A program made the translations under genes and the position numbers. Shown in pieces: positions 32,440 through 40,405 of a stretch of 64,000 nucleotides of DNA. The stretch is from a virus. The notes under the pieces were generated by a model that searched no databases, was not told the origin of the DNA, and saw only the letters and a list, made by a program, of their open reading frames with translations. Within the stretch, counting starts at the first letter, position 1. Each line of letters begins with the position of its first letter. The DNA lies in the IMG/VR virus record IMGVR_UViG_3300029310_000398, positions 1 to 64,000 of that record; one strand, 5' to 3'.

Positions 32440-33790
32440 TGTGGTGATGAAATCCCGCAATGTCGAATCGTTCAGCAACCTCCTCCCTGCTGCGTCTGTC
32501 ACATCAGAGAAAGCAAAGGCGATTGCCAGTCGGAACGGCTATATGGCGCTCTATACAGCCGATGAACTGCGGAAGAAGTTTCATCTGACCGACGACATCA
32601 TTGAGAACCTCTACTATGGCTGCGGCTTCACCCCGTTCTATTACTGGGATAAGGATAAGGTCATATTCCCCTGCCACAGTCTCACAATGGCAGCCGACGG
32701 CGAGGATAAAACACCTGAAATCCGAGGGGCTGTTGAGCAACTGAAGGAGAAAATTGCTTCAGGCAACTGTAGTTTCATCATCACGGCACTCAACGACCGG
32801 ATGCGGATAGAGTATCTGAAGAAGCTCGTTGATGAGGGCTTTGATGGCGCGTACAAACTGTTCTATGATGTCTACCCTTTTTCCGATTACGGATGCTCCG
32901 CACTTGGACGGGACGGCATACTGAAGCTCAAGAGCATGAAAACACCGGAACAGATTCAGGCAACGGAGAAGGGGCTCAAGAAGTATCCCGACACCCTGAC
33001 GGTCTACCGTGGCGCCGGCGATGAAAGCGCAAGTCTGGAGGAGGCATTCTCTTGGACGCTGGACCCTGCCGTGGCCGTGTTCTTCGCCACACGCTTCCCG
33101 TCTGACAATGCGAAGGTATTTCGGGCTACAGTCGAAAAAGCCTCTGTCATTGAGTATTTCGAAGGCGTGGAGGCTGAAATTATCGTATCTCCTGATGACA
33201 TCAAGGAGGTTGAAGACTTTCCCCTCTATGGTATCGACTGGCTCAATGAGGCCGTGGATGACGGCGCGATAGATGACTTCTGGCTCTATCAGAGGACTGC
33301 CGACTATGATGCCGTTCCGTTCCAAATGGCAAGCAAACTACACGGAAAGGCTCATGCTGGCCGTGTCCTGTTCATGTGTATGCTGCTGGCATATATGAAG
33401 GGTCTGGACTTGGAAGACAAGGAAATTCTGATTGAGGCTGCACTGTATCACGACACAGGCAGACGTAGCGATTCCGAGGATAATACCCACGGTGGCGAGA
33501 GTGCAAGGATGCTGCAGGAAGCATATCCTGATACGGACCCCATCACACTGTTTCTGATGGAGTATCACTGCCGTCCCGATAAGGAAGGCTATGAGTTCAT
33601 CGAGAAACATTGGTTGGATAAGCAAGATGCACTGCGCGTCAAAACCCTCTTTGATATTTTCAAAGACGCCGATGGTCTTGACCGCGTGCGGCTCGGTAAT
33701 TATGAGTTGGATATGTTCCAGCTTCGTACCGAAGAAGCTCGCAAGCTGCCGCAAATCGCAAAAATAACTGAAGACCAACTGAAATTCTAA
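32426..33790 (+). CDS. ADP-ribosyltransferase-like (R-S-ExE) domain fused to an HD-domain phosphohydrolase (about 454 aa)
   Basis: LTVYRGAG (R), FSWTLD (S.T) and GVEAEIIVSP (ExE) appear in canonical order. The C-terminus carries H..H...(n)..LYHDTGR, an HD motif. The start is uncertain: TTG 32426 lies 9 nt after AGGAGG, with TTG 32417 or ATG 32447 as alternatives. Confidence 0.55.
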   Translation: MNIADVVMKSRNVESFSNLLPAASVTSEKAKAIASRNGYMALYTADELRKKFHLTDDIIENLYYGCGFTPFYYWDKDKVIFPCHSLTMAADGEDKTPEIRGAVEQLKEKIASGNCSFIITALNDRMRIEYLKKLVDEGFDGAYKLFYDVYPFSDYGCSALGRDGILKLKSMKTPEQIQATEKGLKKYPDTLTVYRGAGDESASLEEAFSWTLDPAVAVFFATRFPSDNAKVFRATVEKASVIEYFEGVEAEIIVSPDDIKEVEDFPLYGIDWLNEAVDDGAIDDFWLYQRTADYDAVPFQMASKLHGKAHAGRVLFMCMLLAYMKGLDLEDKEILIEAALYHDTGRRSDSEDNTHGGESARMLQEAYPDTDPITLFLMEYHCRPDKEGYEFIEKHWLDKQDALRVKTLFDIFKDADGLDRVRLGNYELDMFQLRTEEARKLPQIAKITEDQLKF

Positions 33791-33796
33791 ACTGAA

Positions 33797-33826
33797 AGCA
33801 CCTCTCGAAAGAGAGGTGCTTTTTTT
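33797..33826 (+). terminator. intrinsic terminator closing cassette 6 and the whole + strand block
   Basis: AGCACCTCTC-GAAA-GAGAGGTGCT perfect stem followed by TTTTTTT. Confidence 0.9.
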
Positions 33827-33841
33827 GTTATGTTACTTTCA

Positions 33842-34017
33842 AGTTGCAACTAACTTGCGACCAAAATACGCAAATACGCAAAGTCGCAACTGGATTTAAC
33901 TAATTGATTTGCAAACTATAGTTTGCACTTAGCTTTCGGTGTTTGTAAATTGCAGAGGTGTGCGGGAAATGAAAATATATGGCATATTGTGGTGAGAACC
34001 AGCGGGAACACAATATG
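33842..34017. promoter_or_regulatory. cluster of palindromes and inverted repeats at the strand-switch gap
   Basis: AGTTGCAACT 33842-33851. TTGCGAC/GTCGCAA at 33855-33861/33883-33889 flanks a tandem AAATACGCA x2. Perfect 18-bp palindrome TGCAAACTATAGTTTGCA 33910-33927. CATATTGTG/CACAATATG at 33983-33991/34009-34017. Confidence 0.6.
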
Positions 34018-34079
34018 TTGTGGAAAACTGTGTGGAAGAAGTGGAAAAGCGGCCCTACCAGATGCAGAGCCGCCTTTGC

Positions 34080-34283
34080 TTATTTTTTGGTTGTGGCGCC
34101 GACGGGGTCGATAAATCGCGTCGCCCACTCCTCCTTGCCGCAGCGAGGACAAGGGCGGTGCCAGTCATACATGAGGTGCCCGTCCACATCCACCTTGTCG
34201 GTCAGCGGAGCTACCTGTCCACAGGCAGTACAGAAGACGATGTAGCGGCGGTCTGCGCCTGCACGCTGCTTGCCGGCGGCCAT
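34080..34283 (-). CDS. small zinc-ribbon protein (67 aa)
   Basis: CTACG....CPRCG pairs. Its start overlaps the stop of the upstream gene. Confidence 0.6.
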   Translation of the reverse strand: MAAGKQRAGADRRYIVFCTACGQVAPLTDKVDVDGHLMYDWHRPCPRCGKEEWATRFIDPVGATTKK

Positions 34284-34555
34284 TAAGATGCCTCCTCAAC
34301 AGCGCTGACCAGCGGACGCTCATCCAATATACCGACAACTGTACGCAGAGGCTCAGAACCGCCAAAAGCAGCAACGATGTGCTTCAAAGCACTCTCAGGA
34401 ACGGAGAAGCTGTCCGAGGCACAGATGCCAACGGTCTTACCCTTCTTTGTGTCCACTGTCACGAAATCTCCGGTATGGAGCGCACAACCGTCAGGGACGG
34501 AGAACAGGAAGGTCTGCGGGCATTTGGGGTGCTTGATGATGACGACATTGCTCAT
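34283..34555 (-). CDS. hypothetical protein (90 aa)
   Basis: Tightly packed in the - strand operon. No motif recognised. Confidence 0.65.
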   Translation of the reverse strand: MSNVVIIKHPKCPQTFLFSVPDGCALHTGDFVTVDTKKGKTVGICASDSFSVPESALKHIVAAFGGSEPLRTVVGILDERPLVSAVEEAS

Positions 34556-34558
34556 AAT

Positions 34559-34777
34559 TTAATCCTCCTTATCCAATTCAACGCCGCAATGGATGCAGCG
34601 GTTCAATTTGATGGCACACTCAGGGCAAAGTGTGTCTGCAGGTGTGTTGGAACAGATAATGAACTTGCCGCATTCGAGACAATGGCTTTCAGAAAATGCG
34701 TGAAGAACGATGCGATTGAAGCATTTGGCGCAATGCTTGTATGTCAGCCGTGAGGTTACGGTAGTTGCAGCTTCCAT
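34559..34777 (-). CDS. Cys-rich zinc-finger protein (72 aa)
   Basis: Four CxxC pairs: CAKC, CLEC, CPEC, CIHC. Directly abuts the 725-aa gene. Confidence 0.65.
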   Translation of the reverse strand: MEAATTVTSRLTYKHCAKCFNRIVLHAFSESHCLECGKFIICSNTPADTLCPECAIKLNRCIHCGVELDKED

Positions 34778-36955
34778 TTAGGATACCTCCTTCTGGGTGA
34801 ACCAGCTCAAGAATTTCGATACGTTGCGGGAATGGAGACTATGGACATCCTCGGCGAGCTTCCACTCGGACAGGTCTACCATCCAAGAGGGGTGCTCCGC
34901 CGTAAAGCCGGGGCAAGCATGGTCGATGTGCTCTTTTTCGGATGCCTCGCGCTGGCGGATGTGCTGCAGAGCCACGTTCAGGTACTTGATACCATAGGCG
35001 TAATCCACGCACTTACCTCCGATAATCCATCCACCGAGGTTCTTGGTATTGATGGCGTAAGTCAGCCACTCGGAGTTCATAAAAGCGAGATTGATGTATT
35101 CGTCGCGGAATACCTCAAAATTGGAACGGGCGCGTTTCTTGCCCTCGTCATCATACCAACGGCGATTTATGGACTCGCCCTTCTCCACAGACACGAAGAA
35201 ATGCGGCTTAGTCTCCATGACAGTTTCAATGATTTCGGCGTCGTCGCCGAGATTACTGCCATCGCCATATGTGGCATAGCGAATGCCATTAAAGAGATAA
35301 TAGGTACGCTGCTCCGGTGCATCATACTCCACCAGATTGATGGGATAGATGGCGCAGTCAGAAACGGAACAGTCGTGGGTGCGGTTGCGGTCTCCCCTGC
35401 CACGGTCATTCCAGTAAGGCCTATACCTGTATTCTCTCTCCGGAGTCAAAGAAAGGACGGTCAAGATACTATCACCCTTCTTTGCATCAGGCTTGTTGCA
35501 TCGCTCCACGATGTCTACAAAGCTGCCGTATCGGTTGTCGGTCAACCAGCGGTCAGCCATGGAAAACACGACATACTCGGAGGATTTGGAGATTTTGACG
35601 CCAGCCGGAAGAGAAAGGATGTTGGAGCTATCCACCACGCCCTGCAGAATATTGAACAGAAAGATGCGGGATACCATCTCCACGACCATGCTGCGGGCCT
35701 GTGTACGCTCTTCCTTCACACGCTGTTTGCGCTGGTGCTCATCCTCCTGACCGATATATTCCGTATTCACACGGAAATCCTTGGGGTTCACATCCATGAT
35801 GAAATCGTCCGTTACATGAACTTCCTCAGGGTCAGTCCAGCCTATATAGACGTTCTCGCCATTACGAATGACAATACCGATGGTGTTACCGTGATAGATA
35901 TTGTAGCTGTCCAGCATATTGCTCCACGTCTCATGACCAAAGAAGTGCTTGCCAGTCTTGCTGAGGCGAACCAGCGCAACACACTTCTCGCTGGGAGCAA
36001 AGGTATCCAGCGCAACAGGAGACGCTGCGAGAAACTCCTCGAAATACTTCAGCTTGCTTTCTTTCATGTTGTAAATGGAAGCAAGACGCCCCATCTCTTC
36101 ATCGAGAAAACGGAGCTTCTGAAACAGGACGACCGGTTCCTTTTCCGGTGCGTTCCGTCCAGTGCGGATACGGGTAAAGTTGATTGTCTCACCCATGTAG
36201 CAGCGGATAGCATAAATCTGAGATTCCAACAGGTAAATCTGATTGTTCATCATTTCTACCTGTTCCTCCAGAGCCTCGCGTTTGGCGGACAGCTCTGCCA
36301 TCAGTTTGTCCTTTTTCTGCTCCAAGGCTGCCATGGCACGCTCGACCTCTTCCTTGAGGGCGCGAAGTTCTTCGCTGGTGCCATTTCTCGTTGCCTCAAT
36401 ATCGGCCTTGAGCGAGTTCAGCTCCGCCTCACGGTCGGACAGACCTTCACGTACTTGAGAGACAGAAAGAGCCTCAGGCACGGATGCCGGCAGCGTCGAT
36501 GAAGCTCCATGCGTTGCGAGGGCTCGCATCTCGCCCACGGACATTTCGGAATAGTCCTTGACCGGCACATACTCCGCCACCAGAGAGTCCGGCTGGTAGA
36601 GAAAGAATCTGCGGCTGCCGAGACCAACGACCATACCGATGCCCTTATAATTGCTATATACGTTGGCGGGCTGCTCATAGGTCTTGCAGTAGTCGATGAA
36701 CTCAGAAAGGTTCTTGAGATAGTCCTCAATGTGTTTCCGCCACCATCTCTCATTGGTGTCACTATCTCGTGAGAGACTGGACAGGTCCGTAAGCCCCAAA
36801 AAGAGCGTTGCATCGTCTCTGTCATTCTCTCTGATAATGCGAGTTTCTTCCTGTCGGGCCTTTTCAAAGCGCCATTCACGGCTTCTCGCTGCCCACTCAT
36901 TCTTGTACGCCTCGATGTCATTGAAGCGCACCGTCCCCAAAATGGTGTTCTTCAT
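34778..36955 (-). CDS. large hypothetical protein (725 aa) with a central coiled coil
   Basis: Long clean ORF. Heptad-like segment REAELNSLKADIEATRNGTSEELRALKEEVERAMAALEQKKDKLMAELSAKREALEEQVEMMNNQIYLLESQIY. No catalytic motif recognised. Confidence 0.8.
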   Translation of the reverse strand: MKNTILGTVRFNDIEAYKNEWAARSREWRFEKARQEETRIIRENDRDDATLFLGLTDLSSLSRDSDTNERWWRKHIEDYLKNLSEFIDYCKTYEQPANVYSNYKGIGMVVGLGSRRFFLYQPDSLVAEYVPVKDYSEMSVGEMRALATHGASSTLPASVPEALSVSQVREGLSDREAELNSLKADIEATRNGTSEELRALKEEVERAMAALEQKKDKLMAELSAKREALEEQVEMMNNQIYLLESQIYAIRCYMGETINFTRIRTGRNAPEKEPVVLFQKLRFLDEEMGRLASIYNMKESKLKYFEEFLAASPVALDTFAPSEKCVALVRLSKTGKHFFGHETWSNMLDSYNIYHGNTIGIVIRNGENVYIGWTDPEEVHVTDDFIMDVNPKDFRVNTEYIGQEDEHQRKQRVKEERTQARSMVVEMVSRIFLFNILQGVVDSSNILSLPAGVKISKSSEYVVFSMADRWLTDNRYGSFVDIVERCNKPDAKKGDSILTVLSLTPEREYRYRPYWNDRGRGDRNRTHDCSVSDCAIYPINLVEYDAPEQRTYYLFNGIRYATYGDGSNLGDDAEIIETVMETKPHFFVSVEKGESINRRWYDDEGKKRARSNFEVFRDEYINLAFMNSEWLTYAINTKNLGGWIIGGKCVDYAYGIKYLNVALQHIRQREASEKEHIDHACPGFTAEHPSWMVDLSEWKLAEDVHSLHSRNVSKFLSWFTQKEVS

Positions 36956-36994
36956 TGTCCTTTCACCTCTTTTTTTGACTACCCTTTTTTGATT

Positions 36995-37393
36995 TTAAGT
37001 TTTGCAGTAGCGGATAAAGTCCTGCGCCGAGAACGGCAGGTTATCGTATCCGCAGTCCTTCAAATAACGGGAAACAACAGCAGAGCTCATACTGATACGT
37101 CCATCACCAGATGCCTTCATATGTTGCAAGCAGATGTCAGCATAACCATCTACCACATCAAGGTGCTCCAGACACCACTTCTCTACGCGGCGTTTGCGGG
37201 CCGCCAGAGACCGCTGTTCGGGATGCGGCATCTTCTTATAGGTGTACGCCTTTGCCGCCTTCTCGCGGCTCGTGTAGCCGAAACCTTGGGCATCATCCAG
37301 TACCGCACCGGTCTTGGGTTGTATGACAATGTAGCGCGGCTCATATTCTGAGGAAAGTTCCCGCGAATATACAACTTTGAAATAGTCTGCCAT
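36995..37393 (-). CDS. hypothetical protein (132 aa), first gene of the - strand operon
   Basis: AGGTGACTTATGA precedes the ATG on the - strand. It shares the DDAQGFGY..(n)..KAAKA motif with 16186-16506. Confidence 0.75.
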   Translation of the reverse strand: MADYFKVVYSRELSSEYEPRYIVIQPKTGAVLDDAQGFGYTSREKAAKAYTYKKMPHPEQRSLAARKRRVEKWCLEHLDVVDGYADICLQHMKASGDGRISMSSAVVSRYLKDCGYDNLPFSAQDFIRYCKT

Positions 37394-37489
37394 TCATAAG
37401 TCACCTGCCATTCCACCGATTTTTGTACGCTTGCTCATGTTCGGATATTCAACCTTTTGTGCGCTTTGTATGGCAAGTTCCTGCTTCTA

Positions 37490-37539
37490 CGACGGAGTTC
37501 GTCTCCGCAGGCGTTAATTCCGGTTGTACCATCCGTACT
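37490..37539 (-). repeat. direct repeat A (about 50 nt) of an unknown element
   Basis: CGACGGAGTTCGTCTCCGCAGGCGTTAATTCCGGTTGTACCATCCGTACT is roughly 80% identical to copy B, 273 bp away. Confidence 0.7.
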
Positions 37540-37544
37540 TCTTT

Positions 37545-37567
37545 ATGTGTGCAATCATTGCACACAT
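37545..37567. promoter_or_regulatory. perfect 23-bp palindrome
   Basis: ATGTGTGCAAT-C-ATTGCACACAT, followed by TTTT on the + strand. Confidence 0.6.
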
Positions 37568-37762
37568 TTTCCGAAATCCCTTTCTTACGAGGGATAACCA
37601 TGTTATTTTGGTGTCTTATACACCGGCCAATATGCACGCAGTTTGGTATACAATCCTGTTATTTCAGAGCCTCATACACCCGACACAGGCATATTCAGTT
37701 CCCTGAAGTGCTGGCACTACCTCTCACATGATTAACCAGCCAACAAAGTCTTCCTGTTTCAC

Positions 37763-37813
37763 CGACGGACATCCATCTCCACAGGCGTAAATTCCGGTTA
37801 TACCGTCCGTACT
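37763..37813 (-). repeat. direct repeat B, ending 8 nt from the tRNA-Ser 3' end
   Basis: CGACGGACATCCATCTCCACAGGCGTAAATTCCGGTTATACCGTCCGTACT. Confidence 0.7.
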
Positions 37814-37821
37814 CGTTTTTG

Positions 37822-37909
37822 TGGCGGAGAGAGTGGGATTCGAACCCACGGATGCTTTCACATCGCCGGATTTCAAGACCGGTGCTTTCGACCACTCAGC
37901 CATCTCTCC
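37822..37909 (-). tRNA. tRNA-Ser (anticodon UGA), type II with a long variable arm and encoded CCA
   Basis: The reverse complement reads GGAGAGATGGCTGAGTGGTCGAAAGCACCGGTCTTGAAATCCGGCGATGTGAAAGCATCCGTGGGTTCGAATCCCACTCTCTCCGCCA. It has a 7-bp acceptor stem, a GGTTCGAATCC T-arm and a CTTGAAA anticodon loop. The anticodon-stem closing pair is U-U. Confidence 0.9.
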
Positions 37910-37951
37910 GTATGACCCGCCGCAGGGAGTGCCTACGGCGGGATATTGTGT

Positions 37952-39388
37952 TTACTCAGCGTCGCCCGAAGAGGTAGCGGTAGACTCAACACTGGAAGTA
38001 GATGCGGGAACTGCGACCTTACCACCGACAAAGCCGGCCAGCAGGCTCCGCAGGTCGATACCCAGACCGTTCAGCATACCGTTGGAAACCTGAGTGGTAG
38101 AAGAAACGATGTCCTCAATCAGCTTTGTGCTGTTACCCTCGCCGTACATGGTGATGGAGTCCACGTTGGAGAGAGGTGCAGCCACGTTCTTGGCGATTTC
38201 GGGCAGTGCGTTCATAATCATCTCGACCACTGCGGCCTCACCATACTTCTTCATGGCCTCAGCCTTACGGTCGATACCCTCCGCTTCGGCCAGAGCCTTG
38301 GCCTTGATAGTCTCGGCTTCTGCGGCACCAACGGCCTTGATACCTTCGGCAATCTGCTCCTGCTCAAAGCGCTTGGCCTCGGCTTCCTGTTTACGGGCGT
38401 ACAGCTCTGCTTCGGCCTTCTTTTCGGCAGCATACTTATCAGCATCCGCCTTCTTGCGGATATCGGCATCAAGCCGACGCTCCTGCAGCGTGATTTCACG
38501 CTCGGCCAGTTCTGCTTCCTTTTCACGCTTCGCAATATCGGCATCGGTAGAAGCAATATCAAGGCTCCGGCGCTGCTTCTGTTCCTCAATTCTATAGGCA
38601 GCATCGGCGGCAGCCTTCTTGATGTCGGAGGTCTCCTTCAGCTCGGCCTGCTTCACAGCCAGCTCGGTCTGCCGAATAGAAATCTGCGTATCGGATGCGA
38701 CCTGAGCCTCGTTCGCCTGACGCGCTGCTTCCGCCTGAGCAATCTGGATATCGCGCTCCGCTTCAGCCTTGGCGATAGAAGCATTTTTCTGGATTTGACT
38801 CATATTATCCTGACCCAGAGCATTGATGAGGCCCTTCTCGTCAGTCACACGCTGGATGTTGCAGGAGATAATCTCGATACCCAACGCATTCATGTCAACC
38901 TGCGCCTTTGACTGGATTTCATCACCGAATTTCTTGCGGTCATTGCAGATTTCCTTGAGCGTTATAGTACCGATAATCTCTCTCATGTTTCCCTGAAGAG
39001 AGTCCGAAATCGCTTGCTCGAAACCACGGGCATCAGTGATGTTTAGGAAGTTCCGCATAGCCAGCTTGATGCCCTCATCATCAGTCCGGACACGGACCTT
39101 GGCGACAGCATCCACGTCAACACCGATAAAGTCCAGTGTGGGGATGTAGCCATCGGATTTGATGTCCACGGAAATCTGACGGACAATCAGCTTATCGACA
39201 CGCTCCAGAAACGGAACGCGGACACCGGCACGGCCAATGAGAATTTTGGGCTTCTTACGAAGACCAGAGATAATATACGCCATATCGGGCGGCGCCTTGA
39301 TGTACCCCAAAATACAGATGATGAGGACCGCAATCACAATAATTGCGGGGACGAGAACAGCTTTGTTCCCAAAAATCAGGTCAAACAT
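37952..39388 (-). CDS. flotillin-like SPFH/band-7 protein (478 aa)
   Basis: N-terminal TM helix, then an SPFH-type region (ISGLRKKPKILIGRAGVRVPFLERV..) and a long A/E/K-rich flotillin-type coiled coil (AKAEAERDIQIAQAEAARQANEAQ..). Confidence 0.85.
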   Translation of the reverse strand: MFDLIFGNKAVLVPAIIVIAVLIICILGYIKAPPDMAYIISGLRKKPKILIGRAGVRVPFLERVDKLIVRQISVDIKSDGYIPTLDFIGVDVDAVAKVRVRTDDEGIKLAMRNFLNITDARGFEQAISDSLQGNMREIIGTITLKEICNDRKKFGDEIQSKAQVDMNALGIEIISCNIQRVTDEKGLINALGQDNMSQIQKNASIAKAEAERDIQIAQAEAARQANEAQVASDTQISIRQTELAVKQAELKETSDIKKAAADAAYRIEEQKQRRSLDIASTDADIAKREKEAELAEREITLQERRLDADIRKKADADKYAAEKKAEAELYARKQEAEAKRFEQEQIAEGIKAVGAAEAETIKAKALAEAEGIDRKAEAMKKYGEAAVVEMIMNALPEIAKNVAAPLSNVDSITMYGEGNSTKLIEDIVSSTTQVSNGMLNGLGIDLRSLLAGFVGGKVAVPASTSSVESTATSSGDAE

Positions 39389-39414
39389 AGTTCTTTCTCC
39401 TTTGTTCTATTTTT

Positions 39415-40203
39415 TTAATTAGCGGAGTATTCCGCGTCCGCCCAGTTTAGGCCGGTGCCGTAATCAATCTTGACACCGGGCTGCACATTATAGCAAAACA
39501 CACAGAACTCAATGGTATCATCTTCCACAGAAAGGGCTTCCATCAAGACACCGTTCGCTACAAGGTTGTCGCCTTCAAAAACGGGAGTCACACGATACAG
39601 AACGTGGTTGTTTGTTTCGTGAACATAATCAGCAATCTCGTTCTCAAACGGCAGCATACCAGTTACATTGAGGTAGCGGGTTCCGGTGATGAGGTTCTTG
39701 ACGTTGGCATTCTCGCCGGTGAGCTGATAGCCCAGAAGGTGACAGCGATTGTAGAGGTACTTGCCATCCACGCAGTCGTATTTGTTCAGGTGCCAGCCTG
39801 ACGGCTTCACTGAACCGATAGACCCGCGCTCCTCCGTAGGCATCAGCTCTTGGCACACATTTGCGTAGGCCGGCCCGCAGCGTCCGAGGTCATCCAAGTC
39901 GGTGAACAGCTCGAAAGGCTCGGTGGTGATGTCGTCCTCGGTGAAGTACGGCACATTACCATTCACGACGGTATACGGCTCTCCGCTGAATGACTCTATG
40001 TCGTCCAGCGAGAACTCCGTCGAATACCCTGTCTGGATACTCTCCTGCGTATCGCTATACGGAGGGTTGGTGTCGGGAGTGGAGGTGTTCGTAAGCTGAG
40101 GAATCAGCTTCGCACCATAGAACACCGCGATTGCTACCAAGAAGGCAAGCAAACCGCGAACGACATTCATATTTGTCTGTTTCTTCTTCGGTTTCTTAGC
40201 CAT
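39415..40203 (-). CDS. membrane-anchored or secreted DNA/RNA non-specific endonuclease (262 aa)
   Basis: N-terminal K-rich segment plus TM. YNRCHLLGYQLTGENANVKNLITGTRYLN matches the (D/N)R(G/C)HL..(n)..N..N core of Gram-positive DNA-entry-type nucleases (recall only). Confidence 0.7.
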   Translation of the reverse strand: MAKKPKKKQTNMNVVRGLLAFLVAIAVFYGAKLIPQLTNTSTPDTNPPYSDTQESIQTGYSTEFSLDDIESFSGEPYTVVNGNVPYFTEDDITTEPFELFTDLDDLGRCGPAYANVCQELMPTEERGSIGSVKPSGWHLNKYDCVDGKYLYNRCHLLGYQLTGENANVKNLITGTRYLNVTGMLPFENEIADYVHETNNHVLYRVTPVFEGDNLVANGVLMEALSVEDDTIEFCVFCYNVQPGVKIDYGTGLNWADAEYSAN

Positions 40204-40247
40204 GATGCCAAAAATTTCCTTTCTTAAAAGATTGTTTTTACAGTTTG

Positions 40248-40276
40248 ACTATAACACGAACATAAAAAAATGTCAA
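40248..40276 (-). promoter_or_regulatory. promoter of the nuclease gene
   Basis: On the - strand: TTGACA (40276-40271), 17-nt spacer, TATAGT (40253-40248). It lies in a 33-nt block repeated at 59645-59677. Confidence 0.7.
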
Positions 40277-40296
40277 GTCAATGTGAGCCAAATTGC

Positions 40297-40324
40297 TTGA
40301 CAATATGTTCGAATGTGGTAATAT
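40297..40324 (+). promoter_or_regulatory. divergent promoter related to the cassette-module promoter
   Basis: TTGACA 40297-40302, 16-nt spacer, TGgTAATAT 40316-40324. TTGACAATATGTTCGAATGTGGTAATATAGAAT aligns with the module core TTGACAAAATATCAAACTGTGGTAGTATAGAAT. Confidence 0.7.
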
Positions 40325-40405
40325 AGAATATGTAATAAGTGCAGGTAATAAGGGCATTTGGGGAATGTTGCCCACAACGTCACCTGCAAGCGGAGGTGCT
40401 TTTTT

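Noticed and set aside
34832-36502. 556-aa + strand ORF
   Set aside because: It is antisense to the 725-aa - strand gene, which fits the operon packing and has a plausible start. It has no RBS and lies in the wrong orientation for its neighbours.
37822-37909. tRNA-Ser as the definitive boundary of the mobile element
   Set aside because: Promoters of the same family and typical conjugative-element genes (topoisomerase III, adhesins) occur on both sides of the tRNA. The window alone cannot place an element junction here.
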